Assembly (NCBI GenBank): GCA_035542295.1
Contig: DATKLR010000262.1
Location: forward strand, 1 to 51,308
Direction of reading: 5' to 3'
Origin: Gemmatimonadales bacterium
GTDB taxonomy: Bacteria > Gemmatimonadota > Gemmatimonadetes > Gemmatimonadales > JACORV01
Length of the DNA stretch: 51,308 nt
Translations under genes and position numbers: made by a program
Notes under the pieces: model-generated
Told to the model about the DNA's origin: nothing
The model's database searches: none
The model's input: the letters and a program-made list of their open reading frames with translations, nothing else
Part shown: one piece after another, positions 1 through 8,812 of the stretch
Position numbering within the stretch: position 1 is the first letter of the stretch
Layout of the letters: every line of letters starts with the position of its first letter

Positions 1-579
1 ACCTCGCAGCTGGCCGCGCAGGCGCTGGACGCGAACGGCCGGCCGATCAGCGGCAAGATGTTCACGTGGAATTCTGACGCCGCGACTGTGGCGACCGTGA
101 GCGGAAGCGGCATGGCCACCGCCGTCGCGAATGGCGTCGCGCACGTCAGCGCGGCTGCAGACGGCAAGAGCGGCTCTGCCATCGTCACCGTGGTCATTGC
201 CACTCGCGGCGCTCCGCCGATTGAGCTGCCCGCGGTGAATGCCTCGATGGTGATGCGCAACGTGACCTTCCAGGCCAACCGTGCGGTGCTCACGCCTGCC
301 GCCCAGACCGAGCTGGACAAGGTCGCGATAACGATCCAGGGTACGCCGAACTCGAAGTGGGAGATCGGCGGCTACACGAGCAGCGTCGGCGCGGCCGCAA
401 ACAACCTGCGGCTCTCGCAGCAGCGCGCCGATGCGGTGAAGAGGTACCTCGTCAGCAAGGGCGTCCCGGCCGCCAGCCTCACGTCGGTCGGATATGGCGC
501 GCAGCACCCGATTGCCAACAATCGGACCGCTGCGGGTCGGCGCCAGAACATGCGGGTCGAGATCAAGCGGCTGCAGTAG
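1..579 (+). CDS. OmpA-family protein with Ig-like (Big_2-type) domain, 5' partial
   Basis: Frame 1 is open from nt 1. FTWNSDAATVATVSGSGMATAVANGVAHVSA resembles bacterial Ig-like repeats. The C-terminal part (NVTFQANRAVL...WEIGGYTSSVG...NLRLSQQRADAVKRYL...GYGAQHPIANNRTAAGRRQNMRVEI) is the OmpA-like peptidoglycan-binding signature. Confidence 0.8.
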   Translation, partial: TSQLAAQALDANGRPISGKMFTWNSDAATVATVSGSGMATAVANGVAHVSAAADGKSGSAIVTVVIATRGAPPIELPAVNASMVMRNVTFQANRAVLTPAAQTELDKVAITIQGTPNSKWEIGGYTSSVGAAANNLRLSQQRADAVKRYLVSKGVPAASLTSVGYGAQHPIANNRTAAGRRQNMRVEIKRLQ

Positions 580-608
580 TACTCGCGGCAGACGTCGCTT
601 AACTTCGA

Positions 609-636
609 GCCCCATCCCGGGCAACCGGGGTGGGGC
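609..636 (+). terminator. GC-rich hairpin with GCAA tetraloop downstream of the OmpA-family gene
   Basis: GCCCCATCCCGG-GCAA-CCGGGGTGGGGC forms a 12-bp stem (11 Watson-Crick pairs plus one G.U). It begins 30 nt after the TAG at 577-579. The trailing sequence is only moderately T-rich. Confidence 0.4.
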
Positions 637-3020
637 TCGTAGCTTGCGTCGTTCCTGACACGGAGGTCGCCGTCCGCCGCCTTCTCCTCATCGTGTTTGC
701 AGCCGCGCTGCAGGCCGCGCCGCTCGCGGCCCAGCGTCCGAGCGCCCGCGCGGCAGTGCGCCGGCGACCGCCCGTGCCAACGCCCGCCTCCGTGCTCGGC
801 TTCGAGCCCGGCACCGAGCGTCATCTGGTGGACTGGGATCCGATCGTGCGCTACTTCCGCCTCCTGGGCTCCGCCAGTGATCGCGTCCAGATGCGTGTGC
901 TGGGTCGCACGACCAACGGCGCCGCCTTCATCGCCGCCTTCATCTCCAGCCCCGCCAACCTCGCCCGACTGCGTGCGCTGCGCGACATCCAACACCTGCT
1001 CGCCGACCCGCGTCTGGACCGTGACTCCGCAGCGACCGCGACGCTCTTTCGGCAGGGCAAGGTATTCGTGCTCATCACGTCGAGCATCCACTCGACTGAA
1101 GTGGGCGGGTTCTTTTCGCCGCTCGACATCGCCTACCGGCTCGCCACGGACACGACGGCCGAGACCCGCAGCATCCTCGACAATGCCGTGGTGATACTCG
1201 TGCCGTCACTGAACCCCGACGGCGTCACCATCGTGTCGCGGTGGTACAACCAGACGCTCGGCAGCAACGCCGAAGGCACGAGCCCTCCGGAGCTGTATCA
1301 CCACTACACGGGACACGACAACAACCGGGACTGGTACGCGTTCACGCAGGTCGAGACGCGCCTCGTCGTGGACAGCCTCTACGACGTCTGGCACCCGCAG
1401 GTGACGCTCGATCTGCACCAACAGGGGCGCTACGGCTCGCGGATCTTCGTGCCGCCCTACATGAACCCCGCCGAGCCCAACGTCGACCCGCTGCTTCTGC
1501 AGGGTGATAACGCCCTGGGCCTCGCCATCGCGTGGCAGATGACGGCCGAAGGCTTCTCCGGCGTCGCCGTGAACTCCCTGTATGACGCCTGGACGCCGGG
1601 GCGCGCGTTTCAGCATTACCACGGCGCCGTCAGGATTCTCACGGAGACGGCGAGCGCCGATCTCGCCACCTCGATCACCGTTCCCGCCGAGAGCCTGCGG
1701 GCAGGGCTGGGCGTCGATCCGCGAAACGCGTCGTGGAACTTCGTCACACCCTGGCCCGGCGGACCCTGGACCCTGGCCGACATCGTCCGCTACCAGACCG
1801 CCAGCGCGATGGCGCTCCTCGACCAGGTCGCGCGCGATCGCGAGCAGTGGCTCCGCACCTCGTGGCAGGTGCTCCAACGCGCCTCACGCGGGTGGCGCGA
1901 CTGGCCGTGGGCCTTCGTGATCCCCGCGGCGGGCCAAAACGAAATGGCTCTCGGCGCGCTGCTGGAGACCCTCCGTCACGCCCAAGTCGAAGTCCGCGCC
2001 GCCCTGGGATCCTTCACGCTCGGGTTCGAGCGGTTCTTCCCGGGCACCTACGTCGTAGTGCTCCGTCAGCCGTATGCGGCCTTCGCCAAGGCGCTGCTCG
2101 AACGCGAGCTCTATCCCGACCTGCGGGAATACCCAGGCGGTCCGCCGCAGCGCCCCTACGACGTCACGGCCCACGATTTGGCGCTTCTGCTCGGCGTCCG
2201 CGTCCTCGCCGCAGCGGACTCCGTGCCGGTCGGCCTGTCCGCGCCGGTGACCGCGCGACGGCCCGTCTATGGCGTGCCCGGGCTTTCCGGCGGTGGACCT
2301 GGCGTGGCGCGGATCGGCCTGTACCGGTCCTACGCGGCGTCGATGGACGAGGGGTGGACGCGCTGGACCTTCGACAGCTTCGGCGTGCCGTACGAGTCGC
2401 TGGTGGATTCCACGATCCGCGCCGGCAATCTGGCGTCGCGGTTCGACGCCATCGTGCTCCCCAGCCAGAATGCGCGCGCGCTGCTGGACGGGCTCTCGCC
2501 ACGACGCTACCCCGTGCGGTGGGCGGGCGGGATAGGAGCCATGGGGGTGCAGGCGCTTCGGGATTTCGTGGACGCCGGGGGCACGCTCATCGCGCTGAAT
2601 GAAGCGTGCGACTTCGCGATCGGAGCGCTCGACCTGCCCGTCGCCGACGCGCTCGCCGACCTGCAGCCCACGGACTTCTACGCCCCCGGCAGCATCCTCC
2701 GGCTCCAGCTCGACACCAGCCAGGCGCTGGCTGGAGGGATGCCCGCCCAGTCCATCGCCTGGTTCGAGTCGGGACCCGCGTTCGACGTGCGCGATCCTGC
2801 CCGGGTCAAGGTCGTGGGGCGTTTCCCCGCCGACCCCGGCGACGTACTGCTGTCCGGATGGCTCCTCGGAGCGTCCCACCTCGCCGGTAAGGCGGCGCTG
2901 GTCGAAGTGCGGCGGGGACGGGGACGGGTGATCCTGTTCGGCTTCCGCCCGCAATACCGCGGACAGAGCTTCGCAACCTACCCGCTGCTCTTCAACGCGC
3001 TCAAGACGTCAGGGCACTGA
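630..3020 (+). CDS. M14-family zinc carboxypeptidase-like protein, secreted, with large C-terminal extension
   Basis: Signal-peptide-like RRLLLIVFAAALQAAPLAAQ. M14-type motifs SIHSTEVGG, LNPDG and HHYTGHDNNRDW. The GTG start at 630 lies inside the 609-636 hairpin, so the true start is uncertain. Confidence 0.75.
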   Translation: MGLVACVVPDTEVAVRRLLLIVFAAALQAAPLAAQRPSARAAVRRRPPVPTPASVLGFEPGTERHLVDWDPIVRYFRLLGSASDRVQMRVLGRTTNGAAFIAAFISSPANLARLRALRDIQHLLADPRLDRDSAATATLFRQGKVFVLITSSIHSTEVGGFFSPLDIAYRLATDTTAETRSILDNAVVILVPSLNPDGVTIVSRWYNQTLGSNAEGTSPPELYHHYTGHDNNRDWYAFTQVETRLVVDSLYDVWHPQVTLDLHQQGRYGSRIFVPPYMNPAEPNVDPLLLQGDNALGLAIAWQMTAEGFSGVAVNSLYDAWTPGRAFQHYHGAVRILTETASADLATSITVPAESLRAGLGVDPRNASWNFVTPWPGGPWTLADIVRYQTASAMALLDQVARDREQWLRTSWQVLQRASRGWRDWPWAFVIPAAGQNEMALGALLETLRHAQVEVRAALGSFTLGFERFFPGTYVVVLRQPYAAFAKALLERELYPDLREYPGGPPQRPYDVTAHDLALLLGVRVLAAADSVPVGLSAPVTARRPVYGVPGLSGGGPGVARIGLYRSYAASMDEGWTRWTFDSFGVPYESLVDSTIRAGNLASRFDAIVLPSQNARALLDGLSPRRYPVRWAGGIGAMGVQALRDFVDAGGTLIALNEACDFAIGALDLPVADALADLQPTDFYAPGSILRLQLDTSQALAGGMPAQSIAWFESGPAFDVRDPARVKVVGRFPADPGDVLLSGWLLGASHLAGKAALVEVRRGRGRVILFGFRPQYRGQSFATYPLLFNALKTSGH

Positions 3021-3032
3021 GCGGGCCCGCTG

Positions 3033-3317
3033 TCACAGCGCCGCGATGGCCCGCTTCAACTCCTCGAGGGCCTGCGGATTGAGGCAGTAGCACACGCGAG
3101 GCGGATCCACCTCACCCACGATGAGACCGGCGTCTTTGAGCACTTTCAAGTGCTGGGAAACCGTGGACTGAGCCAGCGGAAGCTGGTCCACGATGTCACC
3201 GCAGGTGCAGGTGGTGCGTCCCGCCAGGTAGCGGACGATCGCGAGGCGGGCCGGATGCCCCACCGCCTTGCAGAGCTTCGCGAGCCGGAGTCCGGGGTCG
3301 AGGACGTGCTGAGCCAT
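3033..3317 (-). CDS. ArsR/SmtB-family transcriptional regulator
   Basis: [52 protein letters not shown] is a typical ArsR winged helix-turn-helix. Start trimmed to the internal ATG (MAQHVLD). Confidence 0.85.
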   Translation of the reverse strand: MAQHVLDPGLRLAKLCKAVGHPARLAIVRYLAGRTTCTCGDIVDQLPLAQSTVSQHLKVLKDAGLIVGEVDPPRVCYCLNPQALEELKRAIAAL

Positions 3318-3395
3318 ATCGGAACAATGCGATGACCCGGCACGCCGCGCCACCGCCCGCGGACGAGCGGGGCGCATACCGGCCCCCGCCGATGC

Positions 3396-5420
3396 TCACC
3401 GCACCGCTGCCACCGGCCGCTCCGGCTCCCAGGCCGTTATGTAGCCGCTCAACGCGGAAGCGGCGACCGTGTAAGGCGAGGCGAGATACAGCTGGCCCGG
3501 GCCCGAGCGGCCGGGGAAGTTGCGGTTGATCGCCGAGATCGTGATCTCGCCCGAGCTGCGGGAGACGCCAGGCCCCGCGTTGATGCACGCCCCGCACGAC
3601 GGCTCGATGAAGGTGGCGCCGACCGCCGAAAAGACCTTGTCGTATCCCTGCGCCTGGCAGTACCGGAACACGTCCTGCGAGCCGCACTGGATGTAACAGC
3701 GCACCCATGGCGCGATGCGTCGCCCCTGCTCGGCGGCTTCCCGGAAGACCCGCGCGTACATGTCCATGTCCTCGCGCTTCCCCGCCGTGCACGAGCCGGC
3801 ATACGCGATGTCGATCTTGACGGGTTCCCCCAGCTCCGCGATGGCCTTTCCGTTGCCGGGGTCTCCCGGGAGCGCGATCATCGGTTTGAGGCTCCCCGCG
3901 TCGATCTCGATCTCAGTCACATATTCCGCACCCGGGTCTGAGAAGAGTCCCTCGCACAGGCGTTCGGCGTCCGCCCGGGCCATTCCCCGCTGCTCGACCA
4001 GGTACTGCACCGTCTGCGCGTCGGGCGCGATGACCCCCGTGAAGGCGCCAACCTCCGCGGCCATGTTGGTCATCGTCGCCCGCTCGTCCACGCTCAGGCC
4101 CTCGACCGTCTCGCCGCAGTATTCCACCACCTGCCCGATCGCGTCCCCGTTCTTGACGTATGGATGCCGCAGCAGCTGCAGCATGATGTCCTTCGCGGTC
4201 ACGTGCCGGGGCTTGCGGCCGCGTACCACGACCCGGAACGATCTCGGCACCTGCACCCGCACATCCCGCGTGATCCAGCTGTTGAACACGGCGGTGGTTC
4301 CCACGCCGAATGCGATGCAGCCCACGGCGCCGGCGTGCGGCGTGTGCGAGTCGCTGCCGATGATCACCTGGCCGGGCAATGCGTGGGCCTCGAGGATCTT
4401 CGAATGGCAGATCGCTTCGGAGCCGAGGCGCCCGAGCCCCAGCTCGCCATACAGCTTGACGCCCTTGGCAGCGGCGAATTCCCGCTGCTTGACCTCGAGC
4501 TGGTTGGCCACGTCCAGCAGGCCCTCGGCGATGCGCTCCGGCGTCATCGCGTCGCGCAGGAACGTCAGGTGATCGCGGAAAAAGAAGACGGAGGACGGGT
4601 CGTTGAGAGGCTCGTCTTGCCCGACGTACTGCTCGAAGAAGATCGCTGCCATCGGGGTGACGTACTCGTGGCTGAACCGGATGTCCGTGACCACGAACCC
4701 CTCGTCCCCCGGCGCCACGGCGGGCACGCCGGTCCGGCCGGCGGCTGCGTCCACGACCCAGTGCCGGGCGAGAATCTTCTCCGCGAGGGTCATCGGACGA
4801 GGTGTGGCGTCAACGGTGGGTACCGCGACCTTCCCCTGGAGTCGGGCCACGTTGTAGTTGAAGAGACCGCCGTATTCGATGATATCGCGAGTGATCTGCC
4901 CTTCACCCGCCGTGAAGACCGAGAGCGGAATCGCCTCCCCGCGCTTGACGCGCTCGAGGACCGCGAAGTCCGTCGTAGTCAGGATTCCCAGGTTCTGGCA
5001 ATTCTCGTGGTAGATGCGCTCGATGCTCTCCCCGGCCACCAGCCGGATCCCCGCCATGAGCTCGGCGTACGGTGACTGCTCCCGCGACGATCCCTTGCCG
5101 CGCCGCTTCCCCGCGGCGGAGGCCACGAAGCCGCCCCGCTTCACGCTGCCACGGGCGATCGGGAACCGGTCGCCCGCCTTGAGCCCGAGATAGGGGAACT
5201 CGCCGAGCGTTTCGTCGAAGTAGTAGCAGATGTAAGCCGGGGTGATCTCGTCGGTAGAGATGTTGTCGCGCAGCTTGATCGAGCCGTCCCAGGCGAGATC
5301 TGCGCCATCGAGCTGGCGCCGGATCAACTCGGGATCCTCGGTCAGGTAGAGCACGCGCCCCGACAGGCGCACCATGTCCTGCCGGCGCGCCACCGGCCGT
5401 GCGAGCAACGATGTGGGCAT
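3396..5420 (-). CDS. Aconitase-family hydro-lyase with swivel (LeuD-like) domain at the N-terminus
   Basis: N-terminal RDNISTDEITPA is a small-subunit/swivel motif. It is followed by large-subunit motifs IGSDSHTPHAG, AGSCTAGKRED and SCGACINAGPG, which carry the Fe-S ligand cysteines. Start trimmed to MPTSLLARP (ATG at 5420). Confidence 0.8.
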   Translation of the reverse strand: MPTSLLARPVARRQDMVRLSGRVLYLTEDPELIRRQLDGADLAWDGSIKLRDNISTDEITPAYICYYFDETLGEFPYLGLKAGDRFPIARGSVKRGGFVASAAGKRRGKGSSREQSPYAELMAGIRLVAGESIERIYHENCQNLGILTTTDFAVLERVKRGEAIPLSVFTAGEGQITRDIIEYGGLFNYNVARLQGKVAVPTVDATPRPMTLAEKILARHWVVDAAAGRTGVPAVAPGDEGFVVTDIRFSHEYVTPMAAIFFEQYVGQDEPLNDPSSVFFFRDHLTFLRDAMTPERIAEGLLDVANQLEVKQREFAAAKGVKLYGELGLGRLGSEAICHSKILEAHALPGQVIIGSDSHTPHAGAVGCIAFGVGTTAVFNSWITRDVRVQVPRSFRVVVRGRKPRHVTAKDIMLQLLRHPYVKNGDAIGQVVEYCGETVEGLSVDERATMTNMAAEVGAFTGVIAPDAQTVQYLVEQRGMARADAERLCEGLFSDPGAEYVTEIEIDAGSLKPMIALPGDPGNGKAIAELGEPVKIDIAYAGSCTAGKREDMDMYARVFREAAEQGRRIAPWVRCYIQCGSQDVFRYCQAQGYDKVFSAVGATFIEPSCGACINAGPGVSRSSGEITISAINRNFPGRSGPGQLYLASPYTVAASALSGYITAWEPERPVAAVR

Positions 5421-5458
5421 CGTTATAAGATCGACCGCGAGAGCGGGCCAGGCAAGGA

Positions 5459-6415
5459 TTGCCCGCCGCGCGCTCCCGCGATAACCTGCGCGCCGTGCAC
5501 AGGCCCGCCGCTGTCGTCGCGTTCGCACTCGCAGTCTCTTCGCAGGCCCTCGCGCAGGGGAGGCCCCGCCTCGAGTTGGTCGACACCGCCGTCCTCCGCG
5601 CGCGGCGCCTCATCGAAAGCTCGGGCATCACCCCCAGCCACAGGGTCCCTGGAGTGTACTGGACCCACAACGACAGTGGTGACGAGCCCCGGCTCTACGC
5701 GACCGACTCCGCGGGGGACGACCTCGGCTCGGTGCTGGTGGCCGGTGCGGACAACGTCGACTGGGAGGACCTCGGATCGGGGCCCTGCCCGGGCCACAGC
5801 GGGTGGTGTCTGTACCCCGCGGACATCGGAGACAACCTCCACAATCGCGACCGCATCGTCGTCTATTGCCTCCCGGAGCCGCAGCCGCCGCGGGGAAGTG
5901 CCGACACGCTGCGACGGGTGCCGCTCGAAGCGACGACCGTGCTCCGCTACCCCGACCATCCGCACGACGCCGAGGCGATCGCGATTGAGCCGTCGGGCCG
6001 CATCCTCATCATCACCAAAGAGTTGCTGAAACCGCCTACCGTCTACCTGGTGCCGCAGCGCTCCGCTGCGCAGCGTCCGGGTGAGGTGGACACGCTTCAA
6101 CGGGTAGGTGAGTTAGACCTCGTTCCGAGCCGCGCGCGGCTTCGTATGGTGACCGGCGCTGGTGTGTCGCCCGACGGGACCGTGCTGGCCGTCCGGACCT
6201 ACTCCAGCCTGCATTTCTTCAGGCTTCGGGGCGACTCCCTCCCCCTCCCGATCAGCCCATCGACAGGCCTGCCGATTCCGGTTGTGGAGCCGCAGGGCGA
6301 GGGTGTGGCGTTCGTCGCGCCGGACCTGCTTGCGCTGACCACCGAGCGGGACGGGGCGGACCATGCCGTCGTTTCGCGGGTGCGGATAGCCGGCCTGCCT
6401 TCGGCCAGGCCGTGA
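5459..6415 (+). CDS. Secreted hypothetical protein (possible beta-propeller-like fold)
   Basis: N-terminal signal peptide AVVAFALAVSSQALAQG. Motifs WTHNDSGDE, DWEDLGSG, ADIGDN and DAEAIAIEP. No confident family assignment is possible from sequence alone. Confidence 0.6.
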   Translation: MPAARSRDNLRAVHRPAAVVAFALAVSSQALAQGRPRLELVDTAVLRARRLIESSGITPSHRVPGVYWTHNDSGDEPRLYATDSAGDDLGSVLVAGADNVDWEDLGSGPCPGHSGWCLYPADIGDNLHNRDRIVVYCLPEPQPPRGSADTLRRVPLEATTVLRYPDHPHDAEAIAIEPSGRILIITKELLKPPTVYLVPQRSAAQRPGEVDTLQRVGELDLVPSRARLRMVTGAGVSPDGTVLAVRTYSSLHFFRLRGDSLPLPISPSTGLPIPVVEPQGEGVAFVAPDLLALTTERDGADHAVVSRVRIAGLPSARP

Positions 6416-6436
6416 GAGCCCCCTCGGCCCCCTAGC

Positions 6437-7609
6437 TTGGCAGGCCAGGCCTACATAAGTTTGCCGGCCGTTCGAGGCGTCCCAGGCCCAATCGTCGGGA
6501 GGCTGGCCCTGACTCTTCCCACCTCACATCGCGCTCCCGTCTCCTGGCTCCTCGAATACGGCTGCCCCGCCATCAGGTATCGCACGCTCACGGAGATCGT
6601 CCCCGGCACAGCCGATCCGGCCCGCCTGGAGGCGCTGAAGGTCGAGATCGATGCCTACCCGCAGGCGCGCCAGATCGCGAAGAAGCAGAAGGACACGGGC
6701 GTCTGGGGAGGGAACCTGCTTGGCGTGACGCCCAACAAGGCCGCGGGTATCAAGGACGTCGGGACCCTGCACCAGTATCGCCGGCTCGTCGAGCTCGGCT
6801 GGACCCAGGAGTCGCGCCCGTTGAAGTTGGGGAGCCGACTCCTGTTCCGGCTCGTGTCCAGGGACGAGGATCCGAAGCTCCTCTTCGAGTACCAGAAGTA
6901 CGGAGCGTCGGAGATCGGCGTCGAGCCGTGGGTCCGCGAGGTCATTCGCGAAGCCACGGCGGCCGCGCTCGCCCACGGTGGCTACGGCGACGATCCACGC
7001 GTGCGCGGCGCGGCCCACCGCATCGCGAACGAGATCTCGCAGTTCTTGCGCAGCGAGCTGGTCGAGAATCCACTGGTGAAGGTGTCCGGGAGCTGGGTCC
7101 TGCATCCGCGGGCGTACCCGCCCACGATTTTCGCCGTGGCGCTGCTGTCGCTGTTGCCGGCCGTGCAGCGCGAGCGCGCGGCGCTGGTGGAGCGACTTGG
7201 CGGCTACCTCGCCCAGCCGGGTGTGAAGAAGGCCTTCGGCGTACTGTGTGGGAAGAGGGTCTTCAAACCGAACTTCGTGTTGCTCGGCGATCCCCTGAAG
7301 GTGACGAGCTCCGGACAGACCGACGACCTGCCCTTCGCGCTGTACTGGATGGAGCTGCTCGCCCGCCTCGGCGTGCTGCAGCATTCGACCACCGCCCCAC
7401 GCCTCTGGGCGCGATTGCTCAAGGACTGCGATGCTCGCGGCGTTTGGAGCCCGAAGAACCTCCGCGCGGTCCCACGGCGCAAGTCGCCCTGGTCCTACCA
7501 CGCCTTCCCGTTGCAGGACGGGAAGAGCGTGGAGAGCCGCCAGGCGGATGTGACCTTCCGGATGGCGCTGATCGCGCGCCTGGCTGGCTGGGAAATCACG
7601 ACGACCTGA
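6437..7609 (+). CDS. Hypothetical protein
   Basis: Long ORF in the coding-like frame, 22 nt after the preceding stop. Composition is non-artefactual (K, E, F, Y, W present). TTG start is uncertain. No recognisable motif. Confidence 0.55.
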   Translation: MAGQAYISLPAVRGVPGPIVGRLALTLPTSHRAPVSWLLEYGCPAIRYRTLTEIVPGTADPARLEALKVEIDAYPQARQIAKKQKDTGVWGGNLLGVTPNKAAGIKDVGTLHQYRRLVELGWTQESRPLKLGSRLLFRLVSRDEDPKLLFEYQKYGASEIGVEPWVREVIREATAAALAHGGYGDDPRVRGAAHRIANEISQFLRSELVENPLVKVSGSWVLHPRAYPPTIFAVALLSLLPAVQRERAALVERLGGYLAQPGVKKAFGVLCGKRVFKPNFVLLGDPLKVTSSGQTDDLPFALYWMELLARLGVLQHSTTAPRLWARLLKDCDARGVWSPKNLRAVPRRKSPWSYHAFPLQDGKSVESRQADVTFRMALIARLAGWEITTT

Positions 7610-7642
7610 TTCGAGCAGAGATCAGACATTGACGCAGACATG

Positions 7643-7664
7643 AGTAGTAGCTAATGCTACTACT
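7643..7664. promoter_or_regulatory. AT-rich inverted repeat abutting the trmB-like start codon (candidate operator)
   Basis: AGTAGTAGC-TAAT-GCTACTACT has perfect 9-bp arms and ends 1 nt before the ATG at 7665. TTGACG lies at 7629-7634 upstream. No Shine-Dalgarno sequence lies between the repeat and the ATG. Confidence 0.5.
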
Positions 7665-8378
7665 ATGGATCTCGCCCGCTTCGGATTCACGCCTACTGAG
7701 GCGAAGGTCTATCTCGCGCTCCTCCCCATTTCTCCGGCAACGGGGTACGCCGTAGCGCAGTCTGCCAAGCTGGCCCGCGCCAATACCTACGACGCATTGG
7801 ATGGGCTGGCGGCGCGCGCGATTGTCACGAGGTTGCCCGGGAGACCCGCGCGATTCGCCGCCCTGGACCCCGATGCGCTGATCGGGCGGCTGCGCCGCGA
7901 TCTCTCGAGCGGCCTCGACTCCCTGGCTCAGACCCTGAGCCAGATCCCGCGCGTCCAGCCGGGACCAGGGCTGCCTGCCGTAGAATCCATCGGCGATCGA
8001 GCGGTGCTGCTGGAGCGAGCTCAGGCGTGTGTCCGCGACGCGCGCACGGAGTTGCTCGCCGTGGTCGGACCGTGGGCTTCCGAGACCTACACCGCGCTTG
8101 AAGCCTGTGGCAGCGGCGTGAGTGCGCGGGTGTTGTCGCTTGGGAGGCCGGCGCCGGCGGGAGCGGCGGTGCGGGAGGTGCCGCCGGCTGACATCGAGGG
8201 CTACTGGGGTGGCCTGCCGGTCGCCCTCGTTGCCGACAGGAGGCGTGCCGTCTGCGGCGTCGTCGTGGGCGCCAGCGAGGCGGCGGGGATTGCGACAGAG
8301 CATCCCGGGGTGATTCCCTTCGTGCGCCACCTGCTCCGACGAGAGCTCGCGTCCGCGTCGCCGCAGCAGGTATCTTGA
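7665..8378 (+). CDS. TrmB-family transcriptional regulator
   Basis: The N-terminus FGFTPTEAKVYLALLPISPATGYAVAQSAKLARANTYDALDGLAARAIV matches the TrmB-type winged helix-turn-helix. Confidence 0.8.
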   Translation: MDLARFGFTPTEAKVYLALLPISPATGYAVAQSAKLARANTYDALDGLAARAIVTRLPGRPARFAALDPDALIGRLRRDLSSGLDSLAQTLSQIPRVQPGPGLPAVESIGDRAVLLERAQACVRDARTELLAVVGPWASETYTALEACGSGVSARVLSLGRPAPAGAAVREVPPADIEGYWGGLPVALVADRRRAVCGVVVGASEAAGIATEHPGVIPFVRHLLRRELASASPQQVS

Positions 8379-8403
8379 GTTCGACCAAGGCAGGGAGCGT
8401 CCG

Positions 8404-8769
8404 GTGTCCACCAATCCAGACGACGCGTTGGCGCAGCAGCTCCGGGCGTTGCGGCGCGAGTACCTCATCGACTCCACGAAGCGGGTCGACGAACTGCGCG
8501 GCCTGTACGCGCGCCTCGCGGCAGGCGAGCGCGCCGCCGCGCCCGACCTGAGGCAGGCCTTTCACCGTCTGGCCGGGTCCGGCGGATCCTATGGCTTCCC
8601 CCTCGTGAGCACACGCAGCAGGGAAGGCGAGCGGCTGGCCGGCCGCCTGGCCGGCGAGGATGGGGCCATTGCGCCGGCCGATCTCGAGTCCGTCCGAGAC
8701 TGTGTCGAGGGCGTCGCGCGGGCCTTCGCCGAAGCGCTCAGCGCGCTCAACACGGAGAGCCTCGGCTAG
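8404..8769 (+). CDS. Stand-alone Hpt (histidine phosphotransfer) domain protein
   Basis: FHRLAGSGGSYGF matches the H-x-(L/I)-(K/A)-G-S Hpt phospho-acceptor motif. About 120 aa with helical character. AGGGAG Shine-Dalgarno sequence 7 nt upstream of the GTG. Confidence 0.7.
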   Translation: MSTNPDDALAQQLRALRREYLIDSTKRVDELRGLYARLAAGERAAAPDLRQAFHRLAGSGGSYGFPLVSTRSREGERLAGRLAGEDGAIAPADLESVRDCVEGVARAFAEALSALNTESLG

Positions 8770-8812
8770 TCCGCCCGGCGCGTCAGGGCAGCCGGGGGGC
8801 GGGCGGGATCGC

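Noticed and set aside
3020-3031. Palindrome AGCGGGCCCGCT between the convergent M14 and arsR stops, considered as a bidirectional terminator.
   Set aside because: With no loop nucleotides, the effective stem is only about 4 bp, and there is no U-tract. This is too weak to call as a feature.
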